A stretch of DNA of 32,333 nt from Pirellulales bacterium (lineage in GTDB: Bacteria; Planctomycetota; Planctomycetia; Pirellulales; UBA1268): the NCBI GenBank assembly GCA_039831725.1, contig JBDOMQ010000258.1, positions 1 to 32,333 of the forward strand, in the 5' to 3' direction. Shown here one piece after another: positions 1 through 8,251 of the stretch; positions within the stretch are counted from its first letter, which is position 1, and the number at the start of each line of letters is the position of its first letter. The position numbers and the translations under genes were made by a program. The notes below the pieces were generated by a model. It saw only the letters and a program-made list of their open reading frames with translations. It was not told the origin of the DNA and did no database searches.

Positions 1-419
1 AGCAGTCAAACGCATATACAGCGGCATATGGTGCTGATGACCTTGATGCTGCATCTCTCATGATTGGACTTATGGGTTTAGTAGATTGTACTGATCCAAG
101 ATTTATGGCAACGATAGATGCCATTGATAAGCGCCTGCGAATGGGGCCAACCGTTTTTCGATATCTTGCTGACGATGGCTTGCCTGGCAGAGAGGGCGGC
201 TTCTTCATCTGCGCAAGTTGGTTGGTTGATTCATTTTATAAAGCAGGACGCCGCGATGAAGCGGAGTCTTTATTCGAGTCCATGATTGAACTTGCCGGCC
301 CAGAAGGATTACTACCGGAACAGTACGATCCCTTGCTACGCAGAACACTTGGCAATCATCCACAGGCATACTCTCATATTGGACTCATTGAGAATGCTCT
401 TACACTTTCATCCAATTAG
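1..419 (+). CDS. Glycoside hydrolase family 15 (glucoamylase/glucodextranase-like), C-terminal fragment; the 5' end lies outside the window
   Basis: The frame of the 60..419 ORF is open from nt 3 (QSNAYTAAYGADDLDAASLMIGLMGL...). The C-terminus ...EQYDP..LGNHPQAYSHIGLIENALTL matches the conserved GH15 C-terminal signature (GNfPQAfSH.gLI). Confidence 0.7.
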   Translation, partial: QSNAYTAAYGADDLDAASLMIGLMGLVDCTDPRFMATIDAIDKRLRMGPTVFRYLADDGLPGREGGFFICASWLVDSFYKAGRRDEAESLFESMIELAGPEGLLPEQYDPLLRRTLGNHPQAYSHIGLIENALTLSSN

Positions 420-1561
420 CCTTTCGATGGATTCGATAGTGCCGGCTGTACAGTCGGTATAGAATTCCCCTCCGCAGCAGTTTGATCACGTGCTATTACT
501 GCATCAGGAAGGTGATAAAACCCGATGGCAAGGATTAAATAAGTTGCCAGAAGCATGAGCCCCTCAATCCATGTTGCCTTACCAGTATTAATAATCTCTC
601 GGGCAATAATGATTGCTAACACGATTGAGACAACTTCGAACATTGAAAATGACAGATTCATTGATTCACCGAGAAACAGTCCCGTGAACACGAGCAGCGG
701 TGCTACAAAAAGCACCATCTGAATCGTTGACCCGACCGTTGCTGCCATGACAAGTTCTTGTTTCCCATGGCGTGCAAACCGAACTGCAGTCAGTACTTCT
801 CCAATACCTCCCACTCCACCAAGGAGAACTATCCCGCTGAAGGTATCAGAAAAACCCATTGTCCTCGTTGCTGGAATCAGCGACTCGGTGACTGCTTCAC
901 TCACACTTGCCAAAGCTATTCCACTGAGCCCGAGAATGGCAAGACTTCTTCCCGCCGAATATGATTCTTTGGTATCTGTCGATTTCATTGTGGCATTGTG
1001 AGCCATGAAACGACCATCAAGGATATTTACCGATACGTTTCCGATGTAAATCGCAAGAAGAATAAATGATAACTCAAAAGAAAGGTCTCTGGTGCCCTGA
1101 GGCGTTCCGATGCGAAAGACAGCCGGCACAATAAAGCAGAATCCACACATAACAAGCATCAAGCCCGACGACCGGAACTGCCGCCTATCGAATGAATGGA
1201 CTCCGTACTTCAATCCTCCGACAACAAGAGCACAGCCTAACCCAACCAGCAAATTAACCATTATCGAACCGGTGAGAGATGCTTTCACAACTCGACCGAG
1301 TCCGTTCCTCAATGCAACAATACCGATAATTAATTCAGGAGCATTACTCAATGTCGAGTTCAGAAGACCACCAACAACTGATCCTAGACGAGCTGAGAGT
1401 CTTTCTGTTGCAATACCCATGACCTCAACCAGAGGTACAATCGCAAAAAGTGATACCAAAAAAACAACTCGTGGATCTGCCTCAATGGCATGTAGTACAA
1501 AAGATAACGGAATTAAGCCGAGCAATAATCGCTGATTCATGACTTTGAGTATATCCCCCAA
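416..1561 (-). CDS. Ca2+/H+ antiporter, CAX (CaCA superfamily)
   Basis: 381 aa polytopic membrane protein. Two CAX alpha-repeat regions are present: LLNSTLSNAPELIIGIVALRNG..VVKASLTGSIMVNLLVGLG and GGVGGIGEVLTAVRFARHGKQELVMAATVGSTIQMVLFVAPLLVF. An alternative start is M8 (nt 1540). Confidence 0.8.
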   Translation of the reverse strand: MGDILKVMNQRLLLGLIPLSFVLHAIEADPRVVFLVSLFAIVPLVEVMGIATERLSARLGSVVGGLLNSTLSNAPELIIGIVALRNGLGRVVKASLTGSIMVNLLVGLGCALVVGGLKYGVHSFDRRQFRSSGLMLVMCGFCFIVPAVFRIGTPQGTRDLSFELSFILLAIYIGNVSVNILDGRFMAHNATMKSTDTKESYSAGRSLAILGLSGIALASVSEAVTESLIPATRTMGFSDTFSGIVLLGGVGGIGEVLTAVRFARHGKQELVMAATVGSTIQMVLFVAPLLVFTGLFLGESMNLSFSMFEVVSIVLAIIIAREIINTGKATWIEGLMLLATYLILAIGFYHLPDAVIARDQTAAEGNSIPTVQPALSNPSKG

Positions 1562-1679
1562 TAACTTTCTGAATATCGTTGTTTTATCACCACAATTCCT
1601 GTCTCCGAGGTTATCTTGTAACAGATCAGACGTCCTGAACTATCTGATATTTTCCAAACCCTCCACATGATGTGTTTCA

Positions 1680-3032
1680 ATGACAACGTATCGCCCGCCG
1701 GCTGATAACGACGTCCCACCGTTACGAGAACAGCTTGGTACTGTTGTCATAGGTGCAGTTGCAGGCCTAGCTGCAGTAGCCTTTCATGCCGTTATGAATC
1801 TTGCCGAATCGGTTCGGGCCGAACTTGCAGTTTTTGCAACAGCCCATGGACTAGCAGCACAATTTTGTGTGATTTTGACATGCGGACTTCTAGCAGCAAT
1901 GGCCGTCTTTCTTGTTCACCGTTTTGCAGTGGAAGCAGAAGGCAGTGGTATTGCTGCAGTGCTTCACGCCCATCGTACAGTTGGAGGACGCCGAGCTCTT
2001 AGAATTCTATGGGTTAAATTTCTTGCTGGATTTTGTGCACTTTCTTCTGGCATGCCACTTGGAAGGGAGGGACCGAGTGTTCAAATCGGTGCGATGTCTG
2101 CAATTGTACTTAGGCAGTTCGGAATTGGCCTGGTGTATTTTCGAAGACGGGCAGTTGAACTTGGTGCTGCAGCAGGTTTAGCTGCCGCCTTCAATGCACC
2201 TTTGTCCGGTGTAGTCTTTTCATTTGAGCTCCTTAAGCAGCCATTTCATGCTCACAATTGTTTTGAAACAATTCTTGCTTGCGCGATTGCTGACTGGGTG
2301 TGCCGACTTTTCCATGGCACCGTTCTAGAACTACCGATTCCAATCGAAGGCTTTCGTGATTGGCAGGAACTACCAACATTTGCTCTTGTTGGTCTTTGTA
2401 CGGGAATCGTTTGTCTTGTGTTTCAAGCTTTTCTCCTCTTCGTTGCAAAACGTTTTCAAAAATTCCATCACCAACCAAATAAGTTAATTGTGATTACCGG
2501 CTTGTGGGGGTGCCTCCTTGGAGTCGTGCTCCTTGTGAAACCAGAAGTACTCGGCATTGGTCACACGATTTTTGAAGATGCTATTGAGAATTCCTTACCA
2601 TTCATTCCAGCAATTCTTATTCTGGCAACTCGCATTCCATTGAGTGCTGTCAGTTATGCAACCGGCGCTCCTGGCGGACTAATCGTCCCTGCTCTATTAT
2701 TTGGCGTTTTATCTGGGCAAGCTTTCTCAACGAGTTACGCGTTCATGGTTGGCGGTGTCGATGCTGATTTCCACTCTGTCTGCCTCGTTGCCGGTATGGC
2801 AGCTAGCATCGGTGCTCTTTTTCGCACTCCACTGACGGCAACGATCATGGCGGTTGAGATTACTGGTGCCTACGACTGTCTCCTTGAAATATCGATTGCA
2901 TACCTCGCAGCACATTCCTTGCTTGGCCTTGTTCGACAACCAGATCTCTATACGGCTTTGAGCCGCATTCACGAGAGTCATACGGGAAGCCAAGCAGCAA
3001 GAATCGACGCTGCACGGCCTTCTATTCATTAG
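1680..3032 (+). CDS. ClC-family chloride channel / Cl-/H+ exchanger (no C-terminal CBS domains)
   Basis: 450 aa. ClC selectivity motifs are present: GSGIA (aa 88-92), GREGPSVQIG (aa 128-137), GAPGGLIVP, and the central Tyr in EITGAYD. ATG start at 1680. Confidence 0.85.
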   Translation: MTTYRPPADNDVPPLREQLGTVVIGAVAGLAAVAFHAVMNLAESVRAELAVFATAHGLAAQFCVILTCGLLAAMAVFLVHRFAVEAEGSGIAAVLHAHRTVGGRRALRILWVKFLAGFCALSSGMPLGREGPSVQIGAMSAIVLRQFGIGLVYFRRRAVELGAAAGLAAAFNAPLSGVVFSFELLKQPFHAHNCFETILACAIADWVCRLFHGTVLELPIPIEGFRDWQELPTFALVGLCTGIVCLVFQAFLLFVAKRFQKFHHQPNKLIVITGLWGCLLGVVLLVKPEVLGIGHTIFEDAIENSLPFIPAILILATRIPLSAVSYATGAPGGLIVPALLFGVLSGQAFSTSYAFMVGGVDADFHSVCLVAGMAASIGALFRTPLTATIMAVEITGAYDCLLEISIAYLAAHSLLGLVRQPDLYTALSRIHESHTGSQAARIDAARPSIH

Positions 3033-3036
3033 CTTG

Positions 3037-3915
3037 TCAAGCAGCTCGACACTGATCCTCAACAACTTGTTTATTGTCTGAAGCAGGGCTGCTTGAAGAG
3101 GCACCCGGTAATCCATGCTCTTCTATTAATTGTCGTAAACATGCTACTTGGGCAGTGAGGTCTCTCAGTTCATCTTGGTGGTCGTCTTCGTGCTGCAAGA
3201 AGTGTCCCGCTATTAATCCAGATAAAGCACCAAATGAACTGGCACCGGTTACCATCAAGACGAAAGCAACTATTCTACCTTCCCAACTTGTTGGATAGAG
3301 ATCTCCATAGCCAACCGTTGTAACCGTACAGATTGACCACCAGACAGCATCTTCGGCTGTTGTTATGTTTCCACCATGAGCTCCCTCGAACTGCAAAATT
3401 GCAAAGCTACATGAAAAAATTACAACAACTGCAACAAAGCTACCGGCTAGTAACGCATTTCTTGCACGGTTCTGAAAAATAAGTGATGCCAAAAAACGTG
3501 TAGCTTTGATTCCTCGAATTACTCGGATCACTCGAACTACACGGGCGGCTCGACCCAACCGCATTGAATCAAATATAGGAATCGATGAGAGAAGATCTAT
3601 CCATCCCCATGTAAAAAAATAGCTCCAGCGATTCGGGGCTTGCACCAAACTTACAATAAAGTCGACAAGAAACACGGCACAGACAACAAGATCGGCGTAC
3701 GCGAGCAAGGATTTGGCTGAGGGCGTCAACTCCACGACGACGCCAATGGCGAGCATGCCAATAGCGATGAGGCTTACCAGCAAGATGAGAGCATTGTAGC
3801 CAGCCCATTTTTCATCATTCAAACGAGGCTTTACCTCTCGCAGGAGTGGAGAAATACCAAGCTGAATATCTGCAGTGTCGTCAGATGGACTCGTGGCCCG
3901 AGAAGAAATAACCAT
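3037..3915 (-). CDS. Voltage-gated K+ channel (6TM, Kv-like)
   Basis: K+ selectivity filter TVTTVGYGD. S4-like helix with Arg every third residue (RLGRAARVVRVIRVIRGIKATR). ATG at 3915. The stop lies only 4 nt from the convergent ClC stop. Confidence 0.85.
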   Translation of the reverse strand: MVISSRATSPSDDTADIQLGISPLLREVKPRLNDEKWAGYNALILLVSLIAIGMLAIGVVVELTPSAKSLLAYADLVVCAVFLVDFIVSLVQAPNRWSYFFTWGWIDLLSSIPIFDSMRLGRAARVVRVIRVIRGIKATRFLASLIFQNRARNALLAGSFVAVVVIFSCSFAILQFEGAHGGNITTAEDAVWWSICTVTTVGYGDLYPTSWEGRIVAFVLMVTGASSFGALSGLIAGHFLQHEDDHQDELRDLTAQVACLRQLIEEHGLPGASSSSPASDNKQVVEDQCRAA

Positions 3916-4137
3916 ACGTTTAGTAGATGTCTTTACTTTTTACCGCTCGATTCAATTCACAAACAATGTGCATCGTCATCACACTTTCCATGGATAGCGT
4001 GCGAGGGGCGGAGATCATAAAGCTCAATCTGTACCAAATGGGACACCAATTCTGGATAAATAAACGTATTTTCGTGCACGTGCCACAAATATTGAACTTG
4101 GAATGGACTCTACGCGCGCGGTATTTTTATCATTGAT

Positions 4138-5208
4138 ATGCTTAGTCACCGGGGTAAAAGATGCCTCATGATTTCTGCCCGCACCTTGGAAATACCCCAC
4201 ACCACCATGTCAGCCCATTCTTCCGTACATGCTGAGTTTCTTGACTTTCGTGACAAATCGCACGGTGCTATCGCTGTTAACGAAGTCTCCTCAGCAATAG
4301 CGGCTGGCCGCTTTGTCTGGATAGATACAAACCTTCGAGACCAAACACATCCTGATCTCAAAAGAGAGTTGCCGGAATGTCTAGCTGACCAAACGCCAGT
4401 TCTAAAAATCTTGAGTTCTGAGTATCAACAGAACACAGACGAACAGGTCTCGTCACTTCATAGAACCGATGATGCCTTACATATCCGCCTTGTAGGAGCG
4501 CGAGACACCTCAAAAACAATCGTTAGCGAAGTGCTTGATATTGTTATTACTGAAAGCCTTCTTGCAACATTCTCCGAAGGTTCCTGTGGTGTCCTTCATG
4601 CAGTTCGTCGTGACTACATTCGAGACTTTGAACAACATGCTGCGACACCAAGTTTTTTGCTCTATGAGTTTTGGGATAAACAAATTGAACAGTTTCTGGA
4701 AGTCCAGGGACACCTCGATGAGGAAGTTGAGGAAACGCGTCTTGCTCTTCGCGCATCTGCTGATGAAGCAACGCTGACAAAATTAGCAAGTGTCTCAGGA
4801 AGACTTTTGGCATTAAGAAAACGAGTACTACCTGCTCGCAGAGTATTGGAAGAGTTAGTCTCTAGAAAAACCACACTTGTTAGTGAAGCAACACTACAAT
4901 TTATGGGAAACATGATTGGGACACTCGAACGACTTCTTGCCGACATTACAGCAAACCGAGAAATTCTAGAAAGTGCAATGAATTTTTCCCTCACTGTAAT
5001 GACACATCGCACAAACATGACAATGAATCGTCTAGCTGTTGTCAGCACTATCTTCCTGCCGCTTACTTTTCTATGTGGCGTCTATGGAATGAATTTTGAA
5101 ATCATGCCAGAAACCGAATGGGTGCATGGTTATAAGATGTTCTGGATTGTTTCAGCGATCATTACAGTTACGCTGACATTCATTCTTCGAAAAGCACGGT
5201 TGCTGTGA
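4138..5208 (+). CDS. corA: CorA-family Mg2+/Co2+ transporter
   Basis: Two C-terminal TM helices flank the CorA signature YGMNFE (..LCGVYGMNFEIMPE..). The N-terminal region is a long soluble domain. In-frame alternative ATGs at 4168 and 4207 leave the exact start uncertain. Confidence 0.8.
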   Translation: MLSHRGKRCLMISARTLEIPHTTMSAHSSVHAEFLDFRDKSHGAIAVNEVSSAIAAGRFVWIDTNLRDQTHPDLKRELPECLADQTPVLKILSSEYQQNTDEQVSSLHRTDDALHIRLVGARDTSKTIVSEVLDIVITESLLATFSEGSCGVLHAVRRDYIRDFEQHAATPSFLLYEFWDKQIEQFLEVQGHLDEEVEETRLALRASADEATLTKLASVSGRLLALRKRVLPARRVLEELVSRKTTLVSEATLQFMGNMIGTLERLLADITANREILESAMNFSLTVMTHRTNMTMNRLAVVSTIFLPLTFLCGVYGMNFEIMPETEWVHGYKMFWIVSAIITVTLTFILRKARLL

Positions 5209-5428
5209 TATTTCTTTGCTACTCATTTTAACTTCTCAAAATGTTGTAAGCATAAACCAAACGATTGCTTCTGACAGTTGTTCTGGTTATGTGGATTGAG
5301 TCGTATTTGGCCAGTTAGAAAACCCTTGCCAGATATGCCAGCTCTCCAACTTCGTGAGGTAGTGTTGACATGCGGCGGGACACTCCGTCTCGTGGTTCAG
5401 GACATTCAAAGATTTGAAGCGTTACCTT

Positions 5429-7735
5429 ATGGCGGATAACGAAGAATTCATTGCAGAATTTCTGATCGAGGCGTCTGAAAACTTAGACCAACTCGACCAA
5501 GATCTCGTTGCACTGGAAAAGCAGCCTGATAATCCAGATCGCTTAGGTAGCATTTTTCGCACAGTTCATACTATTAAAGGAACGTGTGGTTTTTTTGGCT
5601 TTACAAAACTAAGTGCCTTATCTCATCACGGTGAACATTTGCTTGGGCTTCTCCGTGATGGAAAACTCAAATTCAATAACCAACTGGCTTCGCTACTCCT
5701 CGAACTAGTCGATGCAATACGAGTTTTCTTGTCATCTATTGAGTCCACAGGCACGGAAGGTGATGTCGCCTTTCCTGAACTTTGCCAGCAACTCGATGCC
5801 GCCTGCGTATTGACAGACACTGCCACCTCAGACCAGGTAAAAGAACCCACTTCATCGCCCACAAACGATGTCGACCAAGGCACCCGCGATATTCAAGACA
5901 CCAGCCTAAACGCAGCACCGCCGCCTAAAACAGAGCGGTCATCGCCAGCGGAAATCACTTTGCCGGAAACCGATAGTCTCGATCGCACACCTAGTACAAA
6001 AGCTGAATTGCGCAATGAAAACATTCGTTCGGCAAGTAGTCTCGATGCAACAATACGAGTAGATGTACAACTGCTCGACACAATAGTCGATCTCGTAGGC
6101 GAATTGGTTCTGGCTCGAAACCATTTACGAACAACAGTTACTGATGAACCATCATTAGTCGATGCCGTCAATCGAATTCACACCGTAACAGGTGAACTTC
6201 AAGAAGTTGCCATGAAGACACGAATGGCTCCAGTTGAACAACTCTTCAATAAGTTCCCTCGAATTGTCCGTGATGTTGCAACAGCCTGTGGCAAAGAAGT
6301 GAGTCTTCATATTGACGGTTCCGACACAGAACTCGACCGTACGCTCATCGAAAAAATTCGTGATCCTCTCACTCATTTAATCCGTAACGCAATAGACCAC
6401 GGCATTGAGCCCGTTCATACAAGAAGGGCTGCAGACAAGCCGTCTTCTGGCCAAATCTCTCTGCGTGCATTTCAGGAAAGTGGTCAGGTCACGATTGAGA
6501 TATCAGATGATGGTGCCGGCATTTCAGTTGATGCGGTTCGAAAAAAAGCCGTTGAGAGCGGTCTCCTGACAAATGACGCTACTCACGACATGTCTGATGA
6601 GCGAATATTCCAGTTTATTTTCGAACCGGGCTTTTCAACAGCCAACGCCGTGACCGACATATCTGGTCGCGGCGTAGGCATGGACGTTGTCCGTACGAAC
6701 ATCGAATCCATTGGTGGGACTATTGATATCAGCAGCCAGCGTGGTGTCGGCACTGTTGTACGTGTGCGCATTCCACTGACTCTTGCAATTATTCCAGCTC
6801 TAATTGTTTCAAGTGGTAACGAACGCCTTGCAATACCTCAATCGTACATTCAGGAACTTGTGGCTCTTCGGGAAAATGGTAAGAGCCATGTCATTGAAGG
6901 ACTCGAAGGCTCTCCTGTTTTACGACTGAGAGATCGACTCATTCCAGTCGTCTACCTTGATCGATGGCTTGGACTTCGTGCATGGAAAGAGCGGCCCACT
7001 ACTGGAACTGTCGTTGTTGTGAAAGTTGACAATCATGAATTTGGTCTCGTTGTGGATGCTGTTACAACAGCTGAAGATCACACGAACCATGCAACTGAAA
7101 CGACCGGACTCTGGTTTATTGTTGTCAAAGCGATCAGCAGTCTACTTGCGCCTATGGGCATTTATTCCGGTGCGACTGTTATGGGTGACGGTAGTGTTGT
7201 CCTCATACTTGATCTTCGTGGAATCACCATAGCGGCTGATATCCCAGCCCACACCCGCCGAACAGCTGATAGCCAAAGCAGTCAGACAACATCCGAAGAA
7301 ATAAGCCAAGAAGGCGCTCGTTACCTTGTCTGTGAAACTCACCGAGGTCACCGCGTTGCAGTCCCACTAAAGCAAGTACAACGCCTTGAAAACTTTCGTG
7401 CCTCTGAAGTTGACCCTGCTGGAAATCTTCAGTTTGTAAAACGCAATGGGGAACTCACCCAACTTATTGACCCTGATCGAATACTCCATGCACCACAACT
7501 GTCTTCACAAAGTGCCACTAATTTGTCTTTAGTAGGTGTCATCCTGCCTGATGAATTAGGACGAAAGGCTCTCGCCGTCCGAAGAATTATTGACGTCGAA
7601 GCCGGTCATGGACAACTTGAAGAAGTAAGTAAAAAGAATGGCGTTCTGGGTACTCTTCTCATCGGCGATACTGCCACAGAAATTCTTGATATTTCCGCTG
7701 CCAGTCAGTGGCCAGGAGGGAGCTCGGTGTCATGA
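5429..7735 (+). CDS. cheA: Chemotaxis histidine kinase CheA (HPt, dimerisation, HATPase and two CheW-like domains; no P2)
   Basis: HPt motif FRTVHTIKGT. N box HLIRNAIDHGIE, G1 DDGAGI, F box FEPGFST, G2 GRGVGMD. Two CheW-like segments follow. The ORF-track start at 5414 is TTG; the first ATG is at 5429 (MADNEEF..). The stop overlaps the cheW ATG (ATGA). Confidence 0.9.
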   Translation: MADNEEFIAEFLIEASENLDQLDQDLVALEKQPDNPDRLGSIFRTVHTIKGTCGFFGFTKLSALSHHGEHLLGLLRDGKLKFNNQLASLLLELVDAIRVFLSSIESTGTEGDVAFPELCQQLDAACVLTDTATSDQVKEPTSSPTNDVDQGTRDIQDTSLNAAPPPKTERSSPAEITLPETDSLDRTPSTKAELRNENIRSASSLDATIRVDVQLLDTIVDLVGELVLARNHLRTTVTDEPSLVDAVNRIHTVTGELQEVAMKTRMAPVEQLFNKFPRIVRDVATACGKEVSLHIDGSDTELDRTLIEKIRDPLTHLIRNAIDHGIEPVHTRRAADKPSSGQISLRAFQESGQVTIEISDDGAGISVDAVRKKAVESGLLTNDATHDMSDERIFQFIFEPGFSTANAVTDISGRGVGMDVVRTNIESIGGTIDISSQRGVGTVVRVRIPLTLAIIPALIVSSGNERLAIPQSYIQELVALRENGKSHVIEGLEGSPVLRLRDRLIPVVYLDRWLGLRAWKERPTTGTVVVVKVDNHEFGLVVDAVTTAEDHTNHATETTGLWFIVVKAISSLLAPMGIYSGATVMGDGSVVLILDLRGITIAADIPAHTRRTADSQSSQTTSEEISQEGARYLVCETHRGHRVAVPLKQVQRLENFRASEVDPAGNLQFVKRNGELTQLIDPDRILHAPQLSSQSATNLSLVGVILPDELGRKALAVRRIIDVEAGHGQLEEVSKKNGVLGTLLIGDTATEILDISAASQWPGGSSVS

Positions 7736-8214
7736 AAACCGATTTCGAACCTAATTCTATACAGCCACAAAATCAAAGCCGGTGCTGTACATTCCTCATA
7801 GCCGAGAAATGCTTTGCAATTGATTCCGATGTTGTGATCGAAGTACTTCAGAAGGGTGCCATTAACAACGTTCCACTTGCCTCGGCTGCAATCTCTGGCC
7901 TCCTGAACCTTCGTGGACGTATTGTCCCAGCTATCGATCTTCGTACTTTTCTTGAATTCCCATTGGCCTCGTCAAACATTCAACAAATTAATCTTATAGT
8001 CGACATCAAAAACGAATGGTATTGTTTTCTAGTTGATCGACTGCTTGACGTGCGGACCTATGACTCCCATCAACTTACTCCACCAAGAAACACATCGTCC
8101 GATGCAATTACGGGTGTACTCCCAGACACTAATCATCTCATACATTTTTTATCACCAGAAAAAATTCTAGATGGCTTGCTAGAAACTAAAACGAAACCAC
8201 TATCGGTTGGTTAG
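7732..8214 (+). CDS. cheW: Chemotaxis coupling protein CheW
   Basis: CheW-like domain (..[22 protein letters not shown]...[19 protein letters not shown]..). The ATG at 7732 is preceded by the SD-like AGGAGGG (7714-7720). The ATGA overlap with cheA suggests translational coupling. The track start at 7708 is a GTG inside cheA. Confidence 0.85.
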   Translation: MKTDFEPNSIQPQNQSRCCTFLIAEKCFAIDSDVVIEVLQKGAINNVPLASAAISGLLNLRGRIVPAIDLRTFLEFPLASSNIQQINLIVDIKNEWYCFLVDRLLDVRTYDSHQLTPPRNTSSDAITGVLPDTNHLIHFLSPEKILDGLLETKTKPLSVG

Positions 8215-8251
8215 ACTTCCATTACTCCAGACCCTATTTCACGGTACTACA

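Noticed and set aside
1110-1535. A 141-aa + strand ORF inside the CAX gene. Similar antisense ORFs occur elsewhere: 4662..5048, 9934..10350, 10692..11198, 12168..12581, 27862..28149 and 29243..29698.
   Set aside because: Each lies entirely within a confidently identified gene on the opposite strand. Their compositions are Pro/Arg/Ser/Thr-rich and shadow-like, with no recognisable motifs.
1562-1679. Possible fluoride (crcB-motif) riboswitch upstream of the ClC gene.
   Set aside because: I could not find the conserved GGnGAUGG...pseudoknot elements of the motif. The ClC also has the canonical Cl- type GSGIA/GREGP filter rather than CLC-F features.
3916-4137. Possible Mg2+-sensing leader (M-box-like) upstream of corA.
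   Set aside because: I could see no extended conserved helices or recognisable M-box core by eye. This cannot be supported without a covariance-model scan.
5365-5393. A perfect TTGACA hexamer (5365-5370) upstream of cheA, considered as a sigma-70 -35 box. A GCCAGATA sequence nearby was considered as a FliA-like -10.
   Set aside because: The hexamer 17 nt downstream of the TTGACA is TCTCGT, a poor -10. The FliA-like match has an insertion relative to GCCGATAA and lacks a TAAA -35 at the right spacing. Promoter consensus sequences in this lineage are also uncertain.
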